A stretch of 64,000 nucleotides of DNA from an uncultured virus (IMG/VR IMGVR_UViG_2880350357_000003) (Duplodnaviria; Heunggongvirae; Uroviricota; Caudoviricetes): positions 1 to 64,000 of IMG/VR virus record IMGVR_UViG_2880350357_000003; one strand, written 5' to 3'. Positions 19,260 to 27,308 of this stretch are shown here, in pieces. Under the pieces are notes generated by a model, which saw nothing but the letters and a program-made list of their open reading frames with translations, did no database searches and was not told the origin of the DNA. Within the stretch, counting starts at the first letter, position 1. The number at the start of each line of letters is the position of its first letter. The translations under genes and the position numbers were made by a program.

Positions 19260-20002
19260 AAAATAACGCTTTCTCACAAAGCCAGATTCAGGCAATGGCC
19301 GATATTCTGCACAATGACAGTTTTGACTATCAGGCAACATGGTTGCGGGTCGGAAAACTCAATATCGACCGTAGCATTACTAAATCGCGCCAGATTGGCG
19401 CAACGCTGCTATTTAGTCGTGAGGCACTGCTCGATGCGCTGACAACGGGCGATAATCAAATCTGGTTTGCTCATACAGTTGAGTATGCGCGCGTGGCGCT
19501 GATGTACATGAATAACCTTTCAACACGCGTCGGTGTCCGTCTGGCGAGCAACGGTTACAGCGTACAGCTTGACAGCGGTGCGACCATCAGCCTTGTCGGC
19601 GAGGAATCCCATTGCGCCGCGCTGGCGGGTAATGTCTACCTTGATGAGTTCGGATGGTTCAATAACCCGCTAAGAGCGGCAAAAGTCGCAGCGGCTATAG
19701 CCTGCCATAAACGCCACAGCCTGACGATGTTCACCTCTCCCTCTGATAATTATGACGCTTTCCGGGTGTGGAACGGCACGTTCCGCAGGCATCGACCGAC
19801 ACCGCTAATCAATACCGGCGACAGCGTATTCTGTACAGATGGCGTCTGGCGCCAGTCGGTCACACTGGATGCAGCATGCCAGCGCGGGTGCAATCTCTTT
19901 GCGCCCGAGGAAATTAAACACGAATACAGCGACGATGATTATCGCATGTTATTTGGTTGCGACTGGTCTTTCGCTGTTGCAGCGGGCGAGGTGGCAGCAT
20001 GA
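19256..20002 (+). CDS. Stand-alone terminase-ATPase-domain paralogue
   Basis: TKSRQIGAT, VYLDEFGW, CTDGVWRQ align with the gpP ATPase domain; no HTH or nuclease domain. Confidence 0.88.
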   Translation: MKNNAFSQSQIQAMADILHNDSFDYQATWLRVGKLNIDRSITKSRQIGATLLFSREALLDALTTGDNQIWFAHTVEYARVALMYMNNLSTRVGVRLASNGYSVQLDSGATISLVGEESHCAALAGNVYLDEFGWFNNPLRAAKVAAAIACHKRHSLTMFTSPSDNYDAFRVWNGTFRRHRPTPLINTGDSVFCTDGVWRQSVTLDAACQRGCNLFAPEEIKHEYSDDDYRMLFGCDWSFAVAAGEVAA

Positions 20003-21021
20003 GCAAGCGCAAGCCACGCAAAGCAGTCGCCATGACCGCCAGTGCACCGCAAAAAATGGAGGCGTTCACCTTCGGTGAGCCGGTGCCGGTGCTCGATAAG
20101 CGCGATATTCTGGATTACGTCGAGTGCATCAGTAACGGCAAATGGTACGAGCCGCCGGTCAGCTTCTCCGGGCTGGCAAAAAGCCTGCGCTCTGCAGTGC
20201 ATCACAGCTCACCGATTTACGTTAAACGCAACGTGCTCGCGAGCACCTACATTCCGCACCCTCTGCTGTCCCGTCAGGATTTCAGCCGCTTTACGCTCGA
20301 CTATCTGGTATTCGGTAACGCCTTTCTTGAGCAGCGCCACAGCGTCACCGGACAGTTAATCAAACTGCTGACTTCACCGGCAAAATACACCCGGCGCGGG
20401 GTCGATGACTCGGTTTTCTGGTTTGTGGAAAACTTCACTCAGCCGCATGAGTTCGCACCCGATACCGTGTTCCACCTGCTGGAGCCTGATATTAATCAGG
20501 AGATTTACGGCCTGCCTGAATATCTCAGCGCGCTTAATTCCGCATGGCTGAATGAATCCGCGACGCTGTTCCGCCGCAAGTATTACCAGAACGGCGCGCA
20601 CGCAGGTTACATCATGTATGTGACTGACCCGGCGCAAAGCGCGACTGACGTCGAATCGCTGCGCGATGCAATGCGTAACTCTAAAGGGCTCGGCAACTTT
20701 AAAAACCTGTTTTTCTACTCACCGAACGGGAAACCGGACGGCATAAAAATCGTGCCATTGAGCGAAGTCGCCACAAAGGATGACTTTTTTAACATCAAGA
20801 AAGCCAGCGCTGCCGACCTGATGGATGCGCACCGCGTACCGTTCCAGCTCATGGGCGGCAAGCCTGAGAATATTGGCTTAATGGGTGACGTTGAGAAGGT
20901 GGCAAAGGTCTTTGTGCGTAACGAGTTATCGCCGCTACAGGACAGGTTCAGGGAGGTAAACGACTGGCTCGGCATGGAGGTCATCAGGTTCAAAGAGTAC
21001 ACCCTCGACAACCCGGAATAA
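19999..21021 (+). CDS. Q: Portal protein gpQ
   Basis: EAFTFGEP, HHSSPIYVKRN, YGLPEY, FRRKYYQNGAHAG; start MSKRK. Confidence 0.96.
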   Translation: MSKRKPRKAVAMTASAPQKMEAFTFGEPVPVLDKRDILDYVECISNGKWYEPPVSFSGLAKSLRSAVHHSSPIYVKRNVLASTYIPHPLLSRQDFSRFTLDYLVFGNAFLEQRHSVTGQLIKLLTSPAKYTRRGVDDSVFWFVENFTQPHEFAPDTVFHLLEPDINQEIYGLPEYLSALNSAWLNESATLFRRKYYQNGAHAGYIMYVTDPAQSATDVESLRDAMRNSKGLGNFKNLFFYSPNGKPDGIKIVPLSEVATKDDFFNIKKASAADLMDAHRVPFQLMGGKPENIGLMGDVEKVAKVFVRNELSPLQDRFREVNDWLGMEVIRFKEYTLDNPE

Positions 21022-21032
21022 TCCCCCCTCAA

Positions 21033-21056
21033 GCCGCCAGTATTGGCGGCTTTTTC
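21033..21056 (+). terminator. Terminator after portal
   Basis: gccgcca-gtat-tggcggc + ttttt. Confidence 0.85.
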
Positions 21057-21199
21057 ATACCCCGCCACCATCACGCCTCAGACGCGCCACACGCGCACAA
21101 CCACACCCGACCACCAACGAACTGACAGCGACCACGAAAGCGCCATCACGACGCGCTCAGACGATAATTTTTAATATTACGCACCACCGCTGGCGCGCA

Positions 21200-21218
21200 A
21201 TGCTTTCCCCGCCACGCC
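21200..21218 (-). other. cos: cos site (19-nt cohesive end, 186/P2 type)
   Basis: Minus strand GGCGTGGCGGGGAAAGCAT closely resembles the P2/186 cohesive end; located next to portal. Confidence 0.9.
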
Positions 21219-21378
21219 TGTCCGCTTTATGGGTCGGTTTTAATGCAGTTGCATGACCACTCTGGATCCGCGCCAGCTCTGGCGACACACGGCCAGAACT
21301 GGCAAGCCTGACGCATGCAAAACCATGCACCTGTTGCATGCATGGCTAAAAAACGGGAAATTCGCGGAAAAATTGCAT

Positions 21379-21406
21379 AAAAAACCGGCATTTTTGGTGC
21401 CGGTTT
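21379..21406 (-). terminator. Terminator closing the tum/accessory operon
   Basis: accggca-ccaaaaa-tgccggt + T-run on minus strand. Confidence 0.8.
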
Positions 21407-21424
21407 GAATCAGGTTTATAGAGG

Positions 21425-21526
21425 TCACTTGTTGCGCAATGCGCCAATAATACTGTTGAGACAACAACTGGCAACAATCAGCAGAAAAACCGTCGTCCAC
21501 GGATTTTCATAAACGAGAGATAACAT
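21425..21526 (-). CDS. 33-aa hydrophobic small protein (not in ORF track)
   Basis: MLSLVYENPWTTVFLLIVASCCLNSIIGALRNK*; GAGGAG RBS 9 nt upstream; followed by terminator. Confidence 0.65.
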   Translation of the reverse strand: MLSLVYENPWTTVFLLIVASCCLNSIIGALRNK

Positions 21527-21541
21527 ATTATATAGCTCCTC

Positions 21542-21736
21542 TTATTTGCGCATTCTGATGTGATTTAACAGGTGTTTGATAACGACTGAAAGCTCATCTT
21601 TACTGGCCTGCTCGACCATTTTTGCGGTGTAGCTTTCCACCTCGCGAGAGCTCAGGTCGTTATTTAAAGCCATTAAAGTCAGATTCTTTGCCCAATCGGC
21701 AAACGGGTCTTTTTTCGATGAAAGGGGATTATGCAT
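21542..21736 (-). CDS. 64-aa hypothetical protein
   Basis: MHNPLSSKKDPFADW...; GAGG RBS; lies in the operon. Confidence 0.65.
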   Translation of the reverse strand: MHNPLSSKKDPFADWAKNLTLMALNNDLSSREVESYTAKMVEQASKDELSVVIKHLLNHIRMRK

Positions 21737-21798
21737 GTCCAAAAACCTCGAATTATTTAACCAGCAGACGGTTAAAGTATTTGCGACGCTATGACCGG

Positions 21799-21869
21799 CT
21801 AACGCCTCGCGTAGCTCGTTGTTCAACCCCGCCTGCACTGAAAGCGAGTTTCAGCGCTGACGGCGTTTG
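21799..21869 (-). repeat. 71-bp structured direct repeat, copy B
   Basis: 60/71 identical, ungapped, to 22204-22274; begins right after the stop of the 69-aa ORF. Confidence 0.9.
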
Positions 21870-22079
21870 CTATGGTTGACGTGGTGGCGGTGCGTATTGT
21901 GTCGGCCTGCTGATACTATCCAGCTTGCCGTAATTATCCCTGACTATTTCTGCACACCCAACCAGTTCTGCTGGCGTCAGGTTCTCATTGACCATTATCG
22001 TCTGCAGACGATGAACGATAGCCATAAGTTTTATGCTTTTAGTTTTGTGCTGCGGAATTTCGCCCGGTAGTCGATGCAT
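21870..22079 (-). CDS. 69-aa hypothetical protein
   Basis: ORF with GAGG RBS between the two repeats. Confidence 0.7.
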   Translation of the reverse strand: MHRLPGEIPQHKTKSIKLMAIVHRLQTIMVNENLTPAELVGCAEIVRDNYGKLDSISRPTQYAPPPRQP

Positions 22080-22203
22080 ATTATCGCCCTCAATGAATTT
22101 TATTTAGTGTCCTCAAGACGCCACTATAAAATCCGATAAGGTAACGTCCCATTCATCACGGGTGTGTAACCAATAACACATCGAGAAACTTTGAAAGGTA
22201 GAA

Positions 22204-22274
22204 CTAACGCCTCGCGGTGCGAGTTATTCAACCCCGCCAGCACTGGAAGCAAGTTTCGGCGCCGGCGGCGTTTG
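22204..22274 (-). repeat. 71-bp structured direct repeat, copy A
   Basis: Begins right after the stop of the DinI-like gene. Confidence 0.9.
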
Positions 22275-22508
22275 TCAATGCAGCCAGCTATCGTCCTCCC
22301 ATACCTGCTGCATGATTTCCATTACTCGTTTTTTATCTTCGTCCAGTTTCAAACCGCTTAGCTCAACGCCATTCGCGGAACCTTTGCGAATGCGGATAGC
22401 AGTCTTTGGGTAAATAGGTTGAAGGTTGCGGTACAGCTCAGCTTCAAGTGCATCCAATGTTGCCTGACTAATTTTTTGTTCTTTATCCAACGTGATATTG
22501 ATTCTCAT
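22275..22508 (-). CDS. DinI-like protein (TumB-like)
   Basis: MRINITLDK..ALEAEL....QVWEDDSW DinI-family pattern; in SOS operon. Confidence 0.85.
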   Translation of the reverse strand: MRINITLDKEQKISQATLDALEAELYRNLQPIYPKTAIRIRKGSANGVELSGLKLDEDKKRVMEIMQQVWEDDSWLH

Positions 22509-22511
22509 AAT

Positions 22512-22694
22512 CTAATCAGCCTTATAAAAAATATCATCTTCGGTTTCGTTATTTTCGCTGTTTGCTAGGTCTGCAATGAGAGTGAGCGCGAGCTTTAAGT
22601 CTGATGGCTTGCAGTTTGCAATCAGAGATACCTCGGCAATAAATTGCACACAAGCCCACTTTTGCTGCGTTCGGCTGAAATGTTCGCCAACCAT
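22512..22694 (-). CDS. tum: Tum antirepressor N-terminal part (TumA-like)
   Basis: First ORF after a LexA box, downstream of A, as in phage 186; VQFIAEVSL..LKLALTLIADL. Confidence 0.7.
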   Translation of the reverse strand: MVGEHFSRTQQKWACVQFIAEVSLIANCKPSDLKLALTLIADLANSENNETEDDIFYKAD

Positions 22695-22714
22695 GAAATC
22701 CCTCCCATAGGGTG

Positions 22715-22734
22715 TACTGTGTATTCATACAGTA
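22715..22734. promoter_or_regulatory. LexA (SOS) box
   Basis: TACTGTGTATTCATACAGTA = CTGT-N8-ACAG. Confidence 0.92.
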
Positions 22735-22807
22735 GCACGTATTGGTAAAAGATGGGAAGAAAAAAATGAATAGGGCAATTACTGTATGTTCATGATATGG
22801 ATATGAA

Positions 22808-25036
22808 TTACTCAGGTATTTTTTTTGATGCTTCAGCCATCGCAGCAACACGATTAAGGATTTTTCTAGCCTTAGCATGATGCGATGGTGCTGCTGAGAA
22901 TATTTCTCCTTTGGCTGTTCCGCGTAGCCATTTGCCATCAAAACAACTTTTACCACCGGCCATCAGATGCAGGGCTTCGCCCCGGCTGATTGTGATGCCG
23001 GTAGTCAGATGTATCTCGTCGATAGTTTTCGCTATAGCTGCGTTTTTCTTATCCGCTCCGTGGATGAATTTTCGTCGCATTGCTGGTTTTGGCTTCCTGA
23101 GTCGGTTCGTCAATTCTCGTCTTTCACGCCGACTCAGCGGTTTTGTTAAATCCAGTGTCGGTGGATCGCTTTCGCTTACCGTACAGTTATTGACAGAACT
23201 CCGAGAGGGCGCAGGAGCGCCCTTAACGTCAACGGCCAAATCAACGGCACGCTTCGGCACAATTTTCCACTGCGTTAGCCGGGTCAAAATCGGAGTGCCA
23301 GAACCAATAGCGGAATCGTATACGCCACGAATGCAGACGGTTTCCTCACCATACTGATTAAACTCGGCGCGCGGTTCATACAGCGTGCGCACCTGCAAAT
23401 CATCGCGACGGACAAACGGGCCACCCTGCGCATTAACGTAACCAGCCCAGTCACCGGCGTCAGCGGCATCATGGACGGCGGCAAATTCAACGCTCAGACC
23501 GTGCGCGGTCTCGGTATCGGCGAGACGACGCAATTCACGGTAGACCGTCACCGGCGCACCGCCGATAAACTGGAATTGACGGATGTGCCAGCGCGCCGCC
23601 CATGCTGATACAGCGGGGGCTGTATCTTTCAGCAGCTCACCGCTTTCGTCATCGGTTTCACCATCAAGAGCATAGCCGTCGATATTTTTCGAAATGTATT
23701 TAGCAATATAGCCGGTAGCGCCGCCTTTTTCCGGGTCAATGGCCTCGGCATGAAAGCGTGCTTTTTTGGCTTTATCGCTTCTCAGTTCGTGGCGGTCTTC
23801 CTCCCACGCATAATCACGGATGATGAGGCGCACGCGCTCGACATCTTCCGGCAACATGAACATAAGCATGTGCCAGTGTGGCGTTCCGTCGTGATGAGGT
23901 TCGGCAACACGGATGCCGAAAATGCGGATTTCTTCCCGATGTAACTTGGCACGAATGCGCGCCCAAAGGCCGGTGAGATAACTCTGCGTGTCCGACGGGC
24001 TGGCTCCTTTCCATTTGGTGTTACGGTAACCCGCTTTAGTTGTGGCGTGATATTTTGACGGCGCGGTCAGGGTATAAAACTCACCGACATAACCGAGCTC
24101 ATTGCAGATATTTTCAAACCCACGGATGCGGGTCATCAGCTCGCAGCGGCGTATCGCAGGGTTAGCGACCGAGCCGTCAAATTTTTCAATCAGACTGATA
24201 CGGTTGCCGTCTTCGTCTTCGAGATCCAGACCTTTGAGAAATTCACGAGTGCGGCGCTTTTGTTCACGCCAGTCAGTCACGCAGTTTTTACTCGCATAGG
24301 CATGCTTTTTCTTACTGACGTTACCGACAGTAATTTGCAGATGTTCGCGCCATGCAGCCGCAATGCGACGCAGACGACCACGCCACCACACATCGTTAAA
24401 CATGCGAGCGATAGCCGGGGCGATTTCATCCTCACCGACATATTTCTTTGTTACCCGCTCCCAATGCGGTGGGGTAACGTTGAATTGCAGGGAAATAATA
24501 CCGGCGCGCATGTACCACGTGTACAGCGTTTTAAGCTCACTAAATCCGGTGTCATCAATGTCAGCCAGTTCAGCGCGAATGAAATTTGCGATATCAGCGG
24601 CCAGCAGGTCAATATCGGCGCGCGACATATCAGGGAGGCGGTTATATCTGGCGACCATATTCACCATGCGTGACGCCAGATATTGCATAAGCTGGGTATC
24701 AAAATGACCATCAAAAACAGCGGCTGATACGTTGCTATTAATACCCGTGCACTCGTATTTTTTTGCGACCAGTTCAAGACGCGGCAATGCTTTTTTGCAG
24801 AAGCTGATTAAAAAAGCATTGGCTCGTTGACTGCCCTGATTTTGCTCCAGCACCGCAGCGGTTCGATAAACATCAAAACGCACGCACTCAGGCTGGAGAG
24901 AAAGCACCTTTCTCGCATGCAGCAAAGCCGCGAACATACGGTCGCGGCGATACTGTTGGTCATAGGTAAGGTATGGGCTGGCTATTGCCGACCGTGGAGC
25001 ATTCCACGGGTAAGCATAGTTAACGCTTACCCGCAT
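22808..25036 (-). CDS. A: Rolling-circle replication endonuclease gpA
   Basis: TLTAPSKYH, EPHHDGTPHWH (HUH), GYIAKYISKNIDG. Confidence 0.96.
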   Translation of the reverse strand: MRVSVNYAYPWNAPRSAIASPYLTYDQQYRRDRMFAALLHARKVLSLQPECVRFDVYRTAAVLEQNQGSQRANAFLISFCKKALPRLELVAKKYECTGINSNVSAAVFDGHFDTQLMQYLASRMVNMVARYNRLPDMSRADIDLLAADIANFIRAELADIDDTGFSELKTLYTWYMRAGIISLQFNVTPPHWERVTKKYVGEDEIAPAIARMFNDVWWRGRLRRIAAAWREHLQITVGNVSKKKHAYASKNCVTDWREQKRRTREFLKGLDLEDEDGNRISLIEKFDGSVANPAIRRCELMTRIRGFENICNELGYVGEFYTLTAPSKYHATTKAGYRNTKWKGASPSDTQSYLTGLWARIRAKLHREEIRIFGIRVAEPHHDGTPHWHMLMFMLPEDVERVRLIIRDYAWEEDRHELRSDKAKKARFHAEAIDPEKGGATGYIAKYISKNIDGYALDGETDDESGELLKDTAPAVSAWAARWHIRQFQFIGGAPVTVYRELRRLADTETAHGLSVEFAAVHDAADAGDWAGYVNAQGGPFVRRDDLQVRTLYEPRAEFNQYGEETVCIRGVYDSAIGSGTPILTRLTQWKIVPKRAVDLAVDVKGAPAPSRSSVNNCTVSESDPPTLDLTKPLSRRERRELTNRLRKPKPAMRRKFIHGADKKNAAIAKTIDEIHLTTGITISRGEALHLMAGGKSCFDGKWLRGTAKGEIFSAAPSHHAKARKILNRVAAMAEASKKIPE
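23180..23220 (-). other. ori: Replication origin (gpA nick region) inside A
   Basis: Minus strand GCGCCCTCTCGGAGTTCTGTCAATAACTGTAC resembles the P2/186 ori, which lies within A. Confidence 0.8.
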
Positions 25037-25308
25037 AGTACCCCCATTTGCATGCGCTGTATGCTTAACATCACATATCCGGGAGCCCACTCGTTAAGGT
25101 CAGTTACATGAGTCACTATCACATAGACAAAAGCACCGGTAAAACCGACCCTTTGCGGGGCATATTCGCAGGGCCCATACTCGTTTAAGCAAAGTAAATC
25201 CCCTGCAGCAAAATCACGGTCAGAAAGACGAAACTCGGCTTTTTTCGTTCCATTGAGGACAGCCTGAAAAAATTCAGGCCGGATTTTGAGTTGATGTGTT
25301 TTTCTCAT
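25027..25308 (-). CDS. ASCH/PUA-like (DUF3850-type) protein
   Basis: HQLKIRPEFFQAVLNGTKKAEFR..DRDF..GDLL.L.EY. Confidence 0.8.
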   Translation of the reverse strand: MRKTHQLKIRPEFFQAVLNGTKKAEFRLSDRDFAAGDLLCLNEYGPCEYAPQRVGFTGAFVYVIVTHVTDLNEWAPGYVMLSIQRMQMGVLCG

Positions 25309-25577
25309 GTCGCCGCCTTGATTGAGGAGGCGCACATTTCTCCGATACGCTCGATTTCAGCGGCCATTGCATCAAGTGTGGTAATTGATGACAGCCGAAT
25401 ATGGTGATGGATCAGCCCGGAAATAAGCTGATTAATTTTCGGGTAATAACCGATAGTGTCGAGCCATTCCTCGCCAATTTTTTTACCGGACTTAACGACT
25501 TTCTTTTCATTCAGGATGAATTGATATTGGTCGCTGGTAATAACCCATTTGTCACCTATTACAATGCGGAGGCTCAT
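25305..25577 (-). CDS. Conserved P2-family early protein (DUF5405-like)
   Basis: IGDKWVITSDQYQFILNEKK..GYYPK. Confidence 0.7.
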   Translation of the reverse strand: MSLRIVIGDKWVITSDQYQFILNEKKVVKSGKKIGEEWLDTIGYYPKINQLISGLIHHHIRLSSITTLDAMAAEIERIGEMCASSIKAAT

Positions 25578-26290
25578 TTTTTACCCCCGGCAATAGAACG
25601 GATTACACCCAACGTCAGATAGCAATCATAAAGCGCACGGTGCGGATTCTCGTCAATTTCTTCCGGCCACGCATCCAACGATGTAGCGGCGTCGGTTAGT
25701 TTCTTCCATTTGTATTTGCGGCGTTTTTTATCCCACTCCCCGTTATATTCAGCATAGAGTTGCATAGCACACTCAGGCACACCAAAATAATCAGGGTCAA
25801 CGCGAGAGCCTGACGCTTGCTCTAACATTCTCGCGTCAAATTTCGCATTATAAGCAACCCAGCCGTGCGATATTAGCTCTAAGACTTGAGGTAACATTTC
25901 TTTCCAGCTTGGCGCATCCTCAACCATTTCATCAGTGATGCCATGAATCTCGGTAGCTTCTGCCGGAATATCTTTGGATGGTTTAATAAGGGTGTTAAGC
26001 AGAATAGCACCGGTACAGTCGATGATTGATATTTCAATTATTTCGGCTTCTCTGTCCAGCCCCGTAGTTTCGGTATCAACAATAACGATATTTTTATTAA
26101 TCCATCTGTTAGCAATCTCGCGTGGTGATTCCACTCGGTCAGAATGGTAAATAATACGGTCAGCCATTGCCCAGCATGTGCGGATAGCCTCATCAGGATT
26201 AGCATCATTAAACTGGTCTTTATGAGATAAAAAACCGTTAAATATCGCCGCGAAAAATGCCTCTCTTTTATTCAGTTCCATATTAAACAC
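25574..26290 (-). CDS. DEDDh 3'-5' exonuclease with N-terminal extension
   Basis: VDTETTG, AYNAKFD, HRALYD all intact. Confidence 0.9.
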   Translation of the reverse strand: MFNMELNKREAFFAAIFNGFLSHKDQFNDANPDEAIRTCWAMADRIIYHSDRVESPREIANRWINKNIVIVDTETTGLDREAEIIEISIIDCTGAILLNTLIKPSKDIPAEATEIHGITDEMVEDAPSWKEMLPQVLELISHGWVAYNAKFDARMLEQASGSRVDPDYFGVPECAMQLYAEYNGEWDKKRRKYKWKKLTDAATSLDAWPEEIDENPHRALYDCYLTLGVIRSIAGGKK

Positions 26291-26504
26291 CTCTGTAATG
26301 TTTTGATTTGAGTTCTTCGATTTGCTGGCAGGTCACGCAAAAGGCCACGCCCGGAATCGCAATGCGGCGAGCTTCCGGGATTGGTGCGTCACACTCTTCG
26401 CATAGAAAACGGGAAGGCGCAGCGATACGGCTGCGCGCGTTGCTTATGTGGCGTTCTCGGTCTTCCTGCTCGCGCAGTTGTGCTAAATCCATTGCGTCGG
26501 CCAT
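26283..26504 (-). CDS. TraR/DksA C4 zinc-finger protein
   Basis: CEECDAPIPEARR.A.PG..FCVTCQ. Confidence 0.93.
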   Translation of the reverse strand: MADAMDLAQLREQEDRERHISNARSRIAAPSRFLCEECDAPIPEARRIAIPGVAFCVTCQQIEELKSKHYRGV

Positions 26505-26731
26505 TAGTGCAGCTCCTGTGATTCATTCTCAAAGCGGGTTGCTTCACGGCGCAGCAGTTCGGCAGCTTCGGTGCCGCTCATGCCCTCTTTGGTGATATGG
26601 ATAGCCAGCGCCTCAAGACGGATTGAAACAGCGAGCGCGCGGTCTTTACGCTCCTCTTTTTTTGCATCGGTCAGCAATACGGCCAGCGCATCACTATCAG
26701 TGTTAAAACTACGGATTTCGGTATTACGCAT
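26504..26731 (-). CDS. Conserved early protein (DUF2732-like)
   Basis: LL.DAK.EERK..A..RLEALA..EAAELLR.EA. Confidence 0.75.
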   Translation of the reverse strand: MRNTEIRSFNTDSDALAVLLTDAKKEERKDRALAVSIRLEALAIHITKEGMSGTEAAELLRREATRFENESQELH

Positions 26732-26798
26732 AATTAACTCTCCTGATTTCGGGCAATAAGAAGCCCGGCGGGTTTACGCCATTAAATTTCTGTTTTGA

Positions 26799-27137
26799 TT
26801 AATTCGGCATGGTTAGCCGTTTGGGAAATAAACTCACCACTGCACGAAAATGATTCATCGCTGTAATAAGCGCCTTTTTCTCGCCAGTAGTCAGCTCACT
26901 TAATTCGAGCTCATGACGAGCCGCCGGTATTTTTGCCAAAAAGAAAATAGCGGCCAGCGCCCGATTATTTTCTTCAAATTGTGAGTCACGTTTATCGCGC
27001 ATATCATCGACAAAGCGCTCAACCTCTTTCCAGCTATCGCCCCAATATCTCGCGCGCAATTCAGCCACATGATTGAGACCAGCCAGACGTTCACCCGCCT
27101 TTAGCGAAACAGTCGCGGAAACAGCTTCGATAGCCAT
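26799..27137 (-). CDS. Early protein (186 Dhr-like position)
   Basis: Gene order after fil; AIFFLAKIP..RH..LI.AMN. Confidence 0.6.
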   Translation of the reverse strand: MAIEAVSATVSLKAGERLAGLNHVAELRARYWGDSWKEVERFVDDMRDKRDSQFEENNRALAAIFFLAKIPAARHELELSELTTGEKKALITAMNHFRAVVSLFPKRLTMPN

Positions 27138-27301
27138 GATTCCCCCTGCTTTTGAGTAGAGAGGCCAGCCAGTAAATCAGCCTGTGAGCGGTTCGGGTGC
27201 CAGCGCTTGCCGTCCTTACCTGCGATCCAGCCGTGGCCGTAGTGCATGCCAGGGCTTTGCTTTACGAGCAGAGACGCGAATGACGGTTCACTTTTCAGCA
27301 T
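27101..27301 (-). CDS. fil: Fil-like filamentation protein
   Basis: SFASLLVKQSP.MHYGHGWI.G.DGKRWHP. Confidence 0.75.
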   Translation of the reverse strand: MLKSEPSFASLLVKQSPGMHYGHGWIAGKDGKRWHPNRSQADLLAGLSTQKQGESWLSKLFPRLFR

Positions 27302-27308
27302 ACGCACC

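Noticed and set aside
381..20637. Many long antisense or alternate-frame ORFs over structural genes (e.g. 629-1306, 10931-11575, 14159-15172)
   Set aside because: Shadow ORFs of GC-rich coding sequence opposite well-recognised phage genes; no RBS or motif support. The same applies to prophage 2 (e.g. 49070-49918, 58417-59181).
21737..21838. 98-aa version of the 21542 ORF starting at a GTG inside repeat B
   Set aside because: No RBS there and the start is buried in the hairpin; ATG 21736 has a GAGG RBS.
21799..22274. CRISPR array or bona fide integron
   Set aside because: Only two 71-bp copies separated by a gene-containing 334-bp spacer; no cas genes; both integrases are ordinary P2-family Int proteins at prophage ends. 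Kept only as a cassette-like hypothesis.
22775..22820. Additional LexA boxes upstream of tum
   Set aside because: Only half-sites (CTGTATG); the CAG half is not at the right spacing.
22549..22956. 135-aa minus-strand ORF spanning the end of A and tum
   Set aside because: Overlaps A, the LexA box and tum in another frame; no recognisable motif.
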